Shown: piece after piece, positions 11,661 to 22,432 of the stretch | How the letters are laid out: every line of letters begins with the position of its first letter | Position numbering within the stretch: the first letter of the stretch is position 1 | Source of the DNA: Octopus sinensis | Lineage: Eukaryota | Length of the DNA stretch: 47,082 nucleotides | NCBI RefSeq assembly: GCF_006345805.1 | Contig: NW_021834598.1 | Coordinates: forward strand, 1 to 47,082 | Direction of reading: 5' to 3' | Made by a program: the position numbers and the translations under genes | The notes under the pieces: generated by a model | What the model was told of the DNA's origin: nothing | Seen by the model: the letters and a program-made list of their open reading frames with translations, nothing else | The model's database searches: none

Positions 11661-12198
11661 TATGCCCTCATGCAGTACCAGGCAGTGGCTCTCATGGCTT
11701 CTGATTTTAACTGACTAGAAGTGTTATCATGTACATTGTTTTGTCTTGGTATAAATAATGGGCTACAGCAAATATTCTGCTCAATACCACAGGTTTGCTT
11801 GTCAGTTAGTTGAGCTTAATCAGCTGAGCATGTCTCTTGTGACTGACGATATGTTCATCTCTGATCACGAGCAGAAGTAGTGGTGAATTATTTGGGATTT
11901 GGATAATTCATCTCTGGAATTCTTTGTGGTTTGGATAATTCACCTCTGGAAACATGGATGCTACCTTCAATATATTTAATTAGGAATCTTTGAGCGGGAT
12001 AGGCTATTCGATCTGAAGAAAATTCTAACTGGGCCCCTACTGTAAGGTCATGCGCTGTTTATCTTGATGTCTTGTTACGCACATATGGCTGTGATGCATG
12101 TGCCTGGTGTACCTTTATTAGGTAGTCGTGATGGCACATTGGTCTTCGCGTATTTGTACCCTGGTGTCACCTGGATGGCATGCATTCCTCTCTCACTC
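11659..12198 (+). mobile_element. 540-bp copy of the non-coding TAA-embedded family (probable R4/Dong 3' UTR or non-autonomous partner)
   Basis: Shares 3' end with 11523-11594 and 9297-9365; flanked by (TAA)n and (GAT)n; no recognisable coding sequence. Confidence 0.6.
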
Positions 12199-12211
12199 AA
12201 TATGGATGATA

Positions 12212-12250
<39 letters not shown>

Positions 12251-12262
12251 GTGATGATGATT

Positions 12263-12361
<99 letters not shown>

Positions 12362-12369
12362 TAATAATA

Positions 12370-12818
12370 GTCATGCCTCCTCATTGATATGACTGTCCCA
12401 ATCGATATAAACGTATCTATCAAGACCTACCAAAAACTTAGCAAGTATAAAGATCTTGAAACAGAAATGTGGAACCTCAAGACCAAAACAATACCTGTTG
12501 TGATAGGTGCCCTAGGAATGATAGCAAAAGCGGCTGATTGCTACCTAGCTCAGAGACGAGGAAACCCCAAAATGGCAGAAATTCAAAAGATAGTGTTCAT
12601 GGGAACTGCCCGTATCCTACGTAAAATACTGTCTATGTAATCTCAAATTTTAAAACAAGCTTATAATTTTCTTATGTTTTATTAAACATTCTCTTGAACA
12701 ATTCTATGCGCAAAACCAAATATATGACACCAACATGAACTTCTAATTTGTTTCTCTTGAGGTCTCTTGGTGAGACTTGGGGGTCAACTTGTACAACTAC
12801 AACGCAAAGGTCAAACAT
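12370..12818 (+). mobile_element. R4/Dong-like 3' fragment
   Basis: IDMTVPIDINVSIKTYQKLSKYKDLE...WNLKTKTIPVVIGALG...IQKIVFMGTARILRKILS plus ~180-bp UTR, followed by (TAA)n. Confidence 0.8.
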
Positions 12819-12842
12819 ATAATAATAATAATAGTAAAAATA

Positions 12843-14397
12843 ATACCTCTAACACTGATTCTGAGGAAAGCAAAGGCTGGGTACGTACTCAAGAGCCGCC
12901 AAGAAAAAGTCAACAGCTTGTTATTCATGGATGACCTCAAACTTTATAATAAAGATGAATCCCAAGTCAGTTCCCTCATTGATACGGTGTATACTTTCAG
13001 TGCTGATATCAGAATGGAGTTCGGACTGAAAAAGTGTGGTGTGTTAGTCCTGAAGAGAGACAAAATCAAATGTATGGACGAGCTAGTTATAAGCAGATAG
13101 AAGAGACGGGTTATAAGTAACTGGGGATATTGGAAATGGATAAATTTATTGAGAAAGCAATGACAGAAAAATTTAAGGTGGAGTACTTGCACAGATTGAG
13201 ACTGATCCTTAAGTCGAAATTAAACAGACGGAATACGATTGAAGCTATCAACACCTGGGCGGTTTCACTCCTTAGATATTGAGCAGGGGTAATCGCGTGG
13301 ACAGTAGACGAACTAAACAGCTTAGAAGACAAGGAAGACAAGGAAGTTGCTGACTAGATATAGGATATTCCACCCAAAAAGTGACTGTATGTACCATGAA
13401 AAAGAGGGGGAAAAGGACTGATTGGATGCGAACACAGCATTAGAACAGAAGAAAACAATATAGCACGGTATGTAAAAAATGCCACAGAACCGCTCTTATA
13501 GGAAGTAAGAAGGTCAGGCTTGTGTAGGATGGAAGATTGCAAAGATAAAGCACTGTACAAGGACTTGAGAATGAATGTAGCTGAAAATAGGTGGATAAAG
13601 AAAAGAATGCATGGACAATTTCATAGGGACGTTGAAGATAAGACAGATAGAGAAAAAAGATGGCTATGGATGACTAAAAGTGATTTAAAACCAGAAACGG
13701 AGGCTCTAATCTGTGCTGTCTAAGATTAAGCATTAAGAACCAATGAAATCAAATACGGAATAGACGACATATCAGAAAGTGGTATGTGCAGAATTGTTGA
13801 CAAAACGGTGAAACCGTATGACATATTACCAATCAATGAATGCCACTAGCCCAGAAAGAATAAAAGAGACATCATCACAATATAGCAAGGATTGTCCATT
13901 TGACACTTTGCAACAAGTATGAACTTGACAGAGCAAAAAAGTAGTACGAACATCGAAAATGATAAAGCAAAGTTCCTATGGGATTTTATGATTCAATGCA
14001 ACCATGAGATAGAGAATAGGAAGCCAGACATAGTATTGATTGAGAAAGAAAGCTAACGATACTGGATCATATATATAGCATGCCCAGCTAACAATAAGGC
14101 ATGCTTAAGGAAGAAAGAAAAGTCGATGACAAGTTAGCTTGAAAGGTGGTCGATGAAAAAGGTGGTTATTGTACCAATAATTGTCGGAGCCCCGGGAACA
14201 GTGAGTAAAAATCTTGAGAAGTGCATGGAACAAATATGGGCTGCAATAAGGTGTAGCACTTGCAGAAAACAGCACTGCTTGGAACCGCTCGAATACTCCG
14301 GATGGTGCACGAAAAATAAGGGATGTTACCTTAGTTTACTGGTAGTGAGCAGCTGGCAACTGTAGTACATCTCCAGCGTTAGAACATGTGCAAAGGC
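12843..14397 (+). mobile_element. R4/Dong-like retrotransposon pseudogene (RT C-half to REL endonuclease)
   Basis: IPLTLILRKAKAGY, LLFMDDLKLY, MEFGLKKC, MHGQFHR, ETEALICA, RKPDIVLIEK, IVPIIVGAPG; many stops and frameshifts. Confidence 0.9.
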
Positions 14398-14415
14398 AAT
14401 GAATAATAAAAATAA

Positions 14416-14629
14416 GGGTTTCAAATTTTCCCACAAGGGCAGCAGTTTCGGGGGAGGAGATCAGTTGACTACATCGACCCCAGTGTTCAACTGGAACTTA
14501 TTTTATCGACCCCGAAAAGATGAAATGCAAAGTCGACCTCGGCGAAATTTGAACTCAGAACGTAGCGACGGGTGAAACATCAATAAGCATTTCGTCCAGT
14601 GCGCTAACGATTCTGCCAGCTCGCTGCCT
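14416..14629 (-). mobile_element. SINE-A, tail type 2, near full length
   Basis: Reverse-complement head plus tail ...CCCTTGTGGGAAAATTTGAAACC. Confidence 0.8.
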
Positions 14630-14754
14630 AATAATAATAATGATAATAATAATAATAATAATGATAATAATAATAATAATAATAATACTTTCTACTAATA
14701 ACATTTTCTACTTTCGACCCCGAAAGCATGAAAGACAAAGCCTACAGTAATAAT

Positions 14755-14971
14755 AATCCTTTGTACTATAGGTACAAGGCTTAAGATTTAGTGGGGAAGG
14801 GCATGGTCAGGTAGAACGATCCCAGTGTTCAACGAGTACTTTTTTCAACGACCTCAAATGGATAAAAGGCAAAGTCGATCTCGGTGAGATTTGAACTCAG
14901 AACATAAAAATGGACGAAATGCCGCTAACGGTTTCGTCCGGTGGGCTAAAGATTCTGCCAGCTCACCGCCT
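14755..14971 (-). mobile_element. SINE-A, tail type 3
   Basis: Reverse-complement head plus tail ...CCTTGTACCTATAGTACAAAGGATT. Confidence 0.75.
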
Positions 14972-15006
14972 CCATAGCAACAAAATCAACAACGACAACC
15001 ACAACA

Positions 15007-15200
15007 GTGGAAGCGCAATGGCCCAGTGGTTGGGGCAGCGGACTCGTGGTCGTAAGAACGCGCTTTCGATTCCCAGACCGGGCATTGTGAGTGTTTATTG
15101 AGCAAAAACACCTAAGCTCCATGAAGCTCCGGCGGGGTGGTGAACTCTGCTGTAATCTTTCGCCACAACTTTCTCTCACTCTTTCTTCCTACTTCTGCCA
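15007..15200 (+). mobile_element. SINE-D 5' half
   Basis: GTGGAAGCGCAATGGCCCAGTGGTT...TTCGATTCCCAGACCGGGC colinear with reverse complement of 28190-28393. Confidence 0.8.
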
Positions 15201-15481
15201 CAAAGCAGAAGAACCATGGTGTAACCACACTATGGTGTGGTAAAACTTTCAGACCCTAGTCTAGATTGCGAATCCTCTGTACCCCAGGATGGTTCAGCTC
15301 TCCACCCGTTAAAAACCACCGTTTACGGAATGAAGATAACAACGTAGCTTTCGCGCCCGTGTAACCGCCAGTCTATCGCGTGTGGTGGGTGGATCTTCAA
15401 GTAACCGCACGCACTCTTTGTAGCTTAGAGTAGGCTGAATTAGAGATTATTCTTTGTGGCTAATGGCGTGAGTCCTGATTG

Positions 15482-15568
15482 GAAGAAGAAGAAGAAGAAG
15501 AAGAAGAAGAAGAAGAAGAAGAAGAAGAAGAAGAAGAAGAAGAAGAAGAAGAAGAAGAAGAAGAAGAA
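15482..15568 (+). repeat. Pure (GAA)29
   Basis: Uninterrupted, counted from sequence. Confidence 0.95.
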
Positions 15569-16040
15569 AGAAGCAGTAACAGCAGCAGTAGTAGTAATAG
15601 TAGTAACAATAACAATAATAATCGCTTCTTTATTTACAATAAGGAGTGCGATTAAAAAGAGAAATGAGAAAAAGAAAAAACCCGAAAAACTCCCAACCAA
15701 AAAACAACAACAACTGTGGTTAATTTGCAAAGAATCTAAAAAGGGGAAAAAAACAAACAAACATAAAAAGCAAAATGTAAAGATAAAAGATAAAAGGAGG
15801 TATAAAGACAGATAGATGAAGATGAAAGCAATGTTTGACTGTGAAAATTAAGATAGTTATCAAACTTATTAGATCGATAGATCGATTGATAGGATACATT
15901 AATGAAATAACGATCAGTGAAATTAGGTTGGAAACACACTCATTCAGATACAGAGACACACAGACACACAGACACACACACAGAGAACACACACACTCCA
16001 ACACTAACAGATGCACGAAAAGTAAAGGGGTCTGAAGTGA

Positions 16041-16070
16041 GATATATATTTATATGTATATATATATATA

Positions 16071-16123
<53 letters not shown>

Positions 16124-16178
16124 TATATATACATACATATATATATGTATATATATGTATATATATATATATAATATA

Positions 16179-16216
<38 letters not shown>

Positions 16217-16237
16217 TATAATATATATATATATTCA

Positions 16238-16268
<31 letters not shown>

Positions 16269-16372
16269 ATATCTCTCTATATATACACACACCAAGATAT
16301 ATATATATATATTAATATATATATATATATACATATATATATACATATATATATACATATATATATATATAT

Positions 16373-16424
<52 letters not shown>

Positions 16425-16671
16425 ATACATATACATATATATATATATAGATATATATATATATATATATATATATACACGAATATGTATATATGAATAC
16501 ACACACACTAATATACATTTATATATGTATGAGTATGCGTAAATATATACACATGTTTATATACATACATATATATATATATATGCATGTATGTATATAT
16601 ATCATATATGTATGTATAAACGTATGCATGCATACATAAATATAGAATACATGTATGCGTGTACCTATCTG

Positions 16672-16746
<75 letters not shown>

Positions 16747-16750
16747 ATCC

Positions 16751-16788
<38 letters not shown>

Positions 16789-16830
16789 ATATATTACACA
16801 CACACACATATATATGTATAAATACATATA
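16041..16830. repeat. (TA)/(TATC)/(TGTC) microsatellite block
   Basis: Visible runs. Confidence 0.95.
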
Positions 16831-17588
16831 TATTCATACACACATGTAAGAAAGGTATTTAGACAAGTTCCTTTACTCTACTTACACATAACTTCGATCG
16901 ATTTTCCTTTATAATTGTGTATGTGTTCGTGCGTGTGTGTGTGTAGTGATAGAGACTGAATGAATGAGAAAGAGAGAAAGAAAGTGACAAGGAGAAAGAC
17001 ATTGAGAGAGAGAGAGAGAGGGGGAGAAAGTGAGAGAGAGAGTGAGAGGAAGATATACGGAAGTAGTGAGAAAGGGAAAAAAAGTAGTTCGAAGCAACTC
17101 GTCTAAACAGCGTCTTTCTTGTAATATTTGATTGATATTCAATAATAACGAACGGCCGATAATCGATACAAAAGTATTGTTGTCGATTTTTTCTCTTTCT
17201 TTTCTCTTTCTTTTCTTTTCTTTTCTTTTCTTTATCTTCGCTGTTTAATAAACCTTTTTGCAGATGTTGTCTATGAAATAGTTATTTAAATAAGATAAAA
17301 CGTAAAACAAATAAACCTGAATGAATATAGGTTAAGGGCGAAATGAATGAAGAAAACATTTTTTTTTCATAAGCAAAGTACGAAACAAAAAAAAAAAGAC
17401 ACAACAAAACCTGTAAAACAAAAGTCAACAAAAGTAAACAATTGCTGTTTTTAACGTAAATTAAAGTTGCTTTACATAATTTCGGTTCCATTAAAACGCT
17501 ATTGTTCAACAAAAGTCTCTGATCGTATCGATTCGGACACAAATTTTGAAAATAACCTAATTAAAGAAGAGAATCCGGTTGAGCAAGT

Positions 17589-17677
<89 letters not shown>

Positions 17678-17862
17678 CATCCATCTATGTATGTATGTAT
17701 GTATGTATGTATGTATCTTTCTTTCTTTCTATGTATGTATGTATGCATCTAGCTATCTATCTATTTATCTATGGACATGTATATATATATATATATATAT
17801 AATATATATATATATACCCATATATAGATACATATATATGTCTACGTACACACACACACATA
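17589..17862. repeat. (TATC)/(TATG)/(TA) block
   Basis: Visible runs. Confidence 0.95.
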
Positions 17863-18199
17863 TACACTTTTACTCGTTTCTGCCATGCGGCTGCGGTCAT
17901 GCTGGAGCACTACCGTGGTCTTTCTGATTTCCTGAGTTTGGTGTGTTTCACATCACCACTCCTGTATGTGCCTTTGCCCCCAGCTGTTGGCCCATTTGGT
18001 GCATAAGGTAGTTTGATTCCGTTGCCCTCGTCTGTACCTCATGTCATATATAATATGTATATATATATATTATATTAAATTAGAGACAAAACCACTATTA
18101 GGCAAATCAAACAATGAAAAACTTAATCCAATACATAATATTATTTAATTTATATTATTTAAATATATAAGAAAAATATTAAAAATATATAATTAATAT

Positions 18200-18241
18200 C
18201 ACACTACGATCGTTTCATGCCTGCTAACATCTTCAAATATA
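18200..18241 (-). ncRNA. Degenerate minimal type I hammerhead-like motif
   Basis: Minus strand TTGAAGA-TGTTAGCAGGCAT-GAAAC-GATC-GTA-GTGTG: palindromic stem III loop, GUA triplet, C3 mutated to T. Confidence 0.5.
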
Positions 18242-18311
18242 TATATATGTATGTGTATATATATATATATATATCTTAAAATATGAATCAGAAGCAGGTT
18301 GAGATATATCA

Positions 18312-18458
18312 ACAAAGTCGTTAGTTCGTCAACGGCTGCGTTTTTAGATATAAGGGTATATATTTTCAATGCCCCTAGAGTAAAAACACCTGAAAGCAAG
18401 TCATAGCCCTTTTTCGGAGTGATAGACATCGATGTTTTGCCAACTCTTTGGCATTTAA
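18312..18458 (-). mobile_element. Hammerhead-bearing short element, left inverted copy (3' half of ribozyme only)
   Basis: Homologous to reverse complement of 19925-20095; minus strand GCCAA-AGAG-TTGGC-AAAA-CA-TCGA-TGTC. Confidence 0.6.
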
Positions 18459-18460
18459 TA

Positions 18461-19857
18461 CAGGGTCTTGGAGATAAATTAAGGCAATTTTTAAGATGCA
18501 TGAAACTGGTTAAAAATACTAAAATAATGGTAGTAAACAGATATAATTTTAATGCAACATTTATTAAAACAAAAATATTTATCACTCAATATGGCTGCCC
18601 TTTTGGGCAACTACTGCCTCCACACGAGAAAGAAATGTTTTTGCATCTGTCGCAACCTCCGCCTTTTTAATTTTGTTTGTTGCATGCACGATGCAGGTCT
18701 TCAAACTGTTGACACTCGAACCTGGTGAAGCATTGGTCTTTGCTTAAAGTACACCTCATAAAAGTAATCGGGAATGTTGAGATTTAGGCTGTTACTGGGC
18801 CAACATGTTGGCCCTCACAAAAATGGCACCTTTCACCAAGGAAAGCCTATGTTGTTTTTGACTCATGGCATGGTGCAGTATCCTGGATAAGCACCACATT
18901 GTCAAGCCCAAACTTCTGCTCCATCGAAGGTAACAGTGAATTCTTCAGGATGTGCAGATACTCCTTTCTGCCGACCTTCAAGTCAGACTGAATGAAGTGT
19001 GGATCCATGACACTTCCATCGCTTCCCACAGCTCCATATACCATCACAGAGGCAGGATTCTTAGTCTCAAACAAGGGGAGACATCAAAAGGTTTGTATGC
19101 TATCACTCGAAAATTTCTGAAATTCACCTCAGCGTCCACTATCAAGTTCTCGTCCGCAAATACGAGAGTGTTTTCTGCACCTTGATACTTGATAAATGAC
19201 AAAAGCTTTGGGCATCTCTCGGCTCTGATTGCTTTGGCCTTGGCTGTTAGGAGGTGTCGGCGGCGGCGAACACAGCTAGTCATGCCTAGGTTCCTGTCCA
19301 CAGGACACCGTGGAAAGGGACACATTGCTTTTCTTTGCAAGCGTTTTCATGGACTGGCCTTGGCTGTTAGGAGGTGTCGGTGGCGGCGAACACAGCTAGT
19401 CATGCCTAGGTTCCTGTCCACAGGACACCGTGGAAAGGGACACATTGCTTTTCTTTGCAAGCGTTTTCATGGACGTGGATGAGATGAGTTGGTTTCAATC
19501 AAGCGTTTGAGGTCACCAAGAAACTTTGGATTGCGCTTGGAATCACTTCATATCTTGCGTTCTTTCCGATCAATCTTTCCCTCTTCTTTAAATTGCTTAT
19601 AAACACGATAAACTGTTGCTTTTAGAAGCTTCATCAACTTAACAATTTTGTAGGTAGTGTGCTCGGCGCGCGCCTAAACAACAACGGCGGAACGATTCTG
19701 CTGTTCTACCACTTTCTGTTGTCAAATTAGTTCGCTATTTACAAGAAAAGTAAAGAGGAGGACTAGATTTCTGGGGAAGCAAGCATTTGTCAAATGAAAT
19801 GTTGAACCCACAAAGTCAACTGCTTAAAATTGGTTTCAATTTATCTACATGACCCTG
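18461..19857 (-). mobile_element. maT-type (DD37D) Tc1/mariner transposon pseudogene
   Basis: TIRs CAGGGTCTTGGAGATAAATT / AATTTATCTACATGACCCTG, TA flanks; VFADE, IQDTAPCH and degenerate WPSNSxxLNxxDY with 37 residues between 2nd and 3rd D after correcting one frameshift. Confidence 0.88.
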
Positions 19858-19897
19858 ATAGGTGGTTAGATAGCTCATAGCAAACCGTGCTCCGTAT

Positions 19898-19944
19898 GTG
19901 GCACTGACAAGTCAAAAACATGACGAAACATCGGTGTCTGTCGC
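19898..19944 (+). ncRNA. Type I hammerhead ribozyme with one core substitution (G8A)
   Basis: GTGGCA-CTGACAA-GTCA(AAAACA)TGAC-GAA-ACA(TCGG)TGT-C-TGTCGC: stems I (6 bp, 2 GU), II (4 bp), III (3 bp), GUC triplet. Confidence 0.75.
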
Positions 19945-20096
19945 TCCGAAAAAAGTATTTTATATGAGTTGTCTCGTTTGACTGTGACTTGATTTCAGGT
20001 GCTTTTACACCAAGAGCATTGAGGATATATTGAAACACAGCCGTCCGATGAACTAACAACACATACATCTCGTGTATGTGTGTTCGACTTTGTTTA

Positions 20097-20098
20097 TA

Positions 20099-20171
<73 letters not shown>

Positions 20172-20182
20172 CTATCTATCTG

Positions 20183-20230
<48 letters not shown>

Positions 20231-20262
20231 CATACATACATACATACATACATACATACATG
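20097..20262. repeat. (TA)(TG)(TATC)(TACA) compound microsatellite
   Basis: Visible runs. Confidence 0.95.
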
Positions 20263-20497
20263 CACTTACACTTCAAGGCAGTGCCTCAGTACGGTCGCGG
20301 TCCGATAGATTGTTTCACCGATTCTTTGATACTTTTTGTGCTGGTTTTTCTCATTTTCTTAGATATTATTCTTTAATTTATTCCCACCAGTTGTCATTAA
20401 CCATGCGACTGAGTGAGGGTACGGGCCATTACCTTTATTCAGTTCTCATTGAGATGAAAGATAAAAGTACATTCACATAAAGTACTGTATTTAATTA

Positions 20498-20611
20498 GAG
20501 TATTAGACAAAATATCCCCAGGTCAAAAGCCCCCTAGAACAAAAGCCTCCTAGGACAAAAGTTCCTCGGACAAAAGCCCATAGTTAAAAAGTGAAAGTGA
20601 ACAAAATCCCC
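20498..20611 (+). repeat. About six degenerate 15-16-bp units (consensus near TAGGACAAAAGCCCC)
   Basis: Units start at 20504, 20520, 20535, 20551, 20566, 20597. Confidence 0.75.
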
Positions 20612-21059
20612 ACGGTTATAGTTTTCGATTATTATTTTTCATTTTCTCACCTTTTACTTGTTTCGGTCATTAGGCACCACCTTGAAGACTTTTTAGTTGA
20701 ACGTATCGACCCCAGAATTTTTTGTAACCCCCTCGGTTTTGATATTTTCTAAAAATCTTTATATTTGTTTCAGTCATTGGACTGCAGCCATGCTGGGGTA
20801 CCAGCTTGAAGAATGTTTGGTCGCAGAAAAATCAGCATTTTAAATATACACATTTAAAGTCTTTTGTTTTCTTCTCTCAGCATTTACGGATTAATGAGAT
20901 TAAGTTGACCTTTTGAACTTGCCCCGTACTTCAAACGTATTTCTTATCGTTTTTATGTTTCTACATATTTCTTGAAGTAAATGCTTTCCCTTTTGTTAGA
21001 ATTCTTACAATATGTAGATTTACAGATCGACCATCAAAGAAGCTGTTAAACTAATACAT

Positions 21060-21870
21060 AAAATTAAGAAAACACTACACTTAGAAAACAGGTCATTGCA
21101 TGTTGATGATAAACGTATTGATGACCAAGAATACCAAGTGCTAGTTTTAAAGAATGAAAGAAGTTAAGTTAGAAGCTCTCCGATTACCAAAGGGAAAAGC
21201 CGATACTGTTGTGAAAAGTATAACAGCTGTTTTAGAAGAGTACAAATTATGGAACTGTGTAAAGATGATTGTCGCTTGATACAATGAGTGTGAACACTAG
21301 GAAAAGAAATGGCATTGTCACTCAGTTTCAAAGACTGCTTGCTTAAAAGGGTTTGAACCGCAATTTATTGGTTGTCAGTATCATATTCTTGGTAGGAGAG
21401 AAAAGTCATCTCCTAATATTGGAAATACATTCAACAAGGGTGAAGGAAAGATTACTGAATCAGCAGGTTAGCGAGATGACATAAAATTTCTATTTCATTT
21501 GACCCGAGATTTTCGTTATTTTGAAGAAACCAGCAAATTTCCTATTCTAAAGTTTTGAAAAAATACCCAACTTAAGTAATGCAAGATGGAATTCTCGAGC
21601 AAAACTAGCTCTTTTGGCATTTATTCTTCTACCAGAGAAAAGAGTTTTGCTTCTCAATGTTTGTCGATTTATCTCTTACAGCTGGGCAGGTTTTTGGTTT
21701 ACTGCACATGATTTTCAGAAGTTGTATGGTAGCCTGCAAGTTCTTAAAGAAGCATTGAACTCTAAAAGAAATTTTGGAGTTGAGCAGCATCAAAACTAGA
21801 AATTTTCAGAACAAATTAGAGTGCAGAGCGAGCAATCAAGTGCCTCAAGATCTTTATGGTATTTGTAAAA
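21060..21870 (+). pseudogene. Degraded hAT-superfamily (hATm-like) transposase
   Basis: Manual translation across frameshifts: SLHVDDK, MIVADTMSVNT, FIGCQYHIL (CxxH), RDDIKFL, NARWNSRA, AERAIK. Confidence 0.7.
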
Positions 21871-22432
21871 AGAAGGAGAAACTTCAGCTTCGATTTATTG
21901 TATCTAACAAAACATTAATTCTTTGTTATGTTTAAAAATTTGCTAACATTCAGCACTTATTTTTAATACAGTTATTTAAAATTGGAATTAAACCTATAAA
22001 ATTAAAAATATGCATTGTTTAAAATTTTGTGTATTATAGAATGCTTGTAATAGCCTCTGTCTTAAAATAGCTTAGTTTCCAACCTTTGCATAGAGAAATC
22101 TCGATTCAGTAATCTTAGAAATGTATAAATACACTTTTATTCCACATCTCTCAAGGATTTAGGCAGCGGAAATACTGAAGTGAGAATCTAGTACCACCTA
22201 GTGATTATAGTTAAAAAAGTTCATAACTCTGAAACTAGAAAGCTGAAATTTCAGATATACTTTTTCTGCATTGTATTGAGTCAGCACACCAAGTTTTGTA
22301 AACCATTGAGCAGGCGTTATGGACCCTGCTAGAATTTTACATGATTTAGGTCAAAACTGGTGATCGATTTCTTAAGTTAGGGTGACGTTTTTTCAAATAA
22401 AGCAAAATAAATGTTATTTTTAATTTTTTCTG

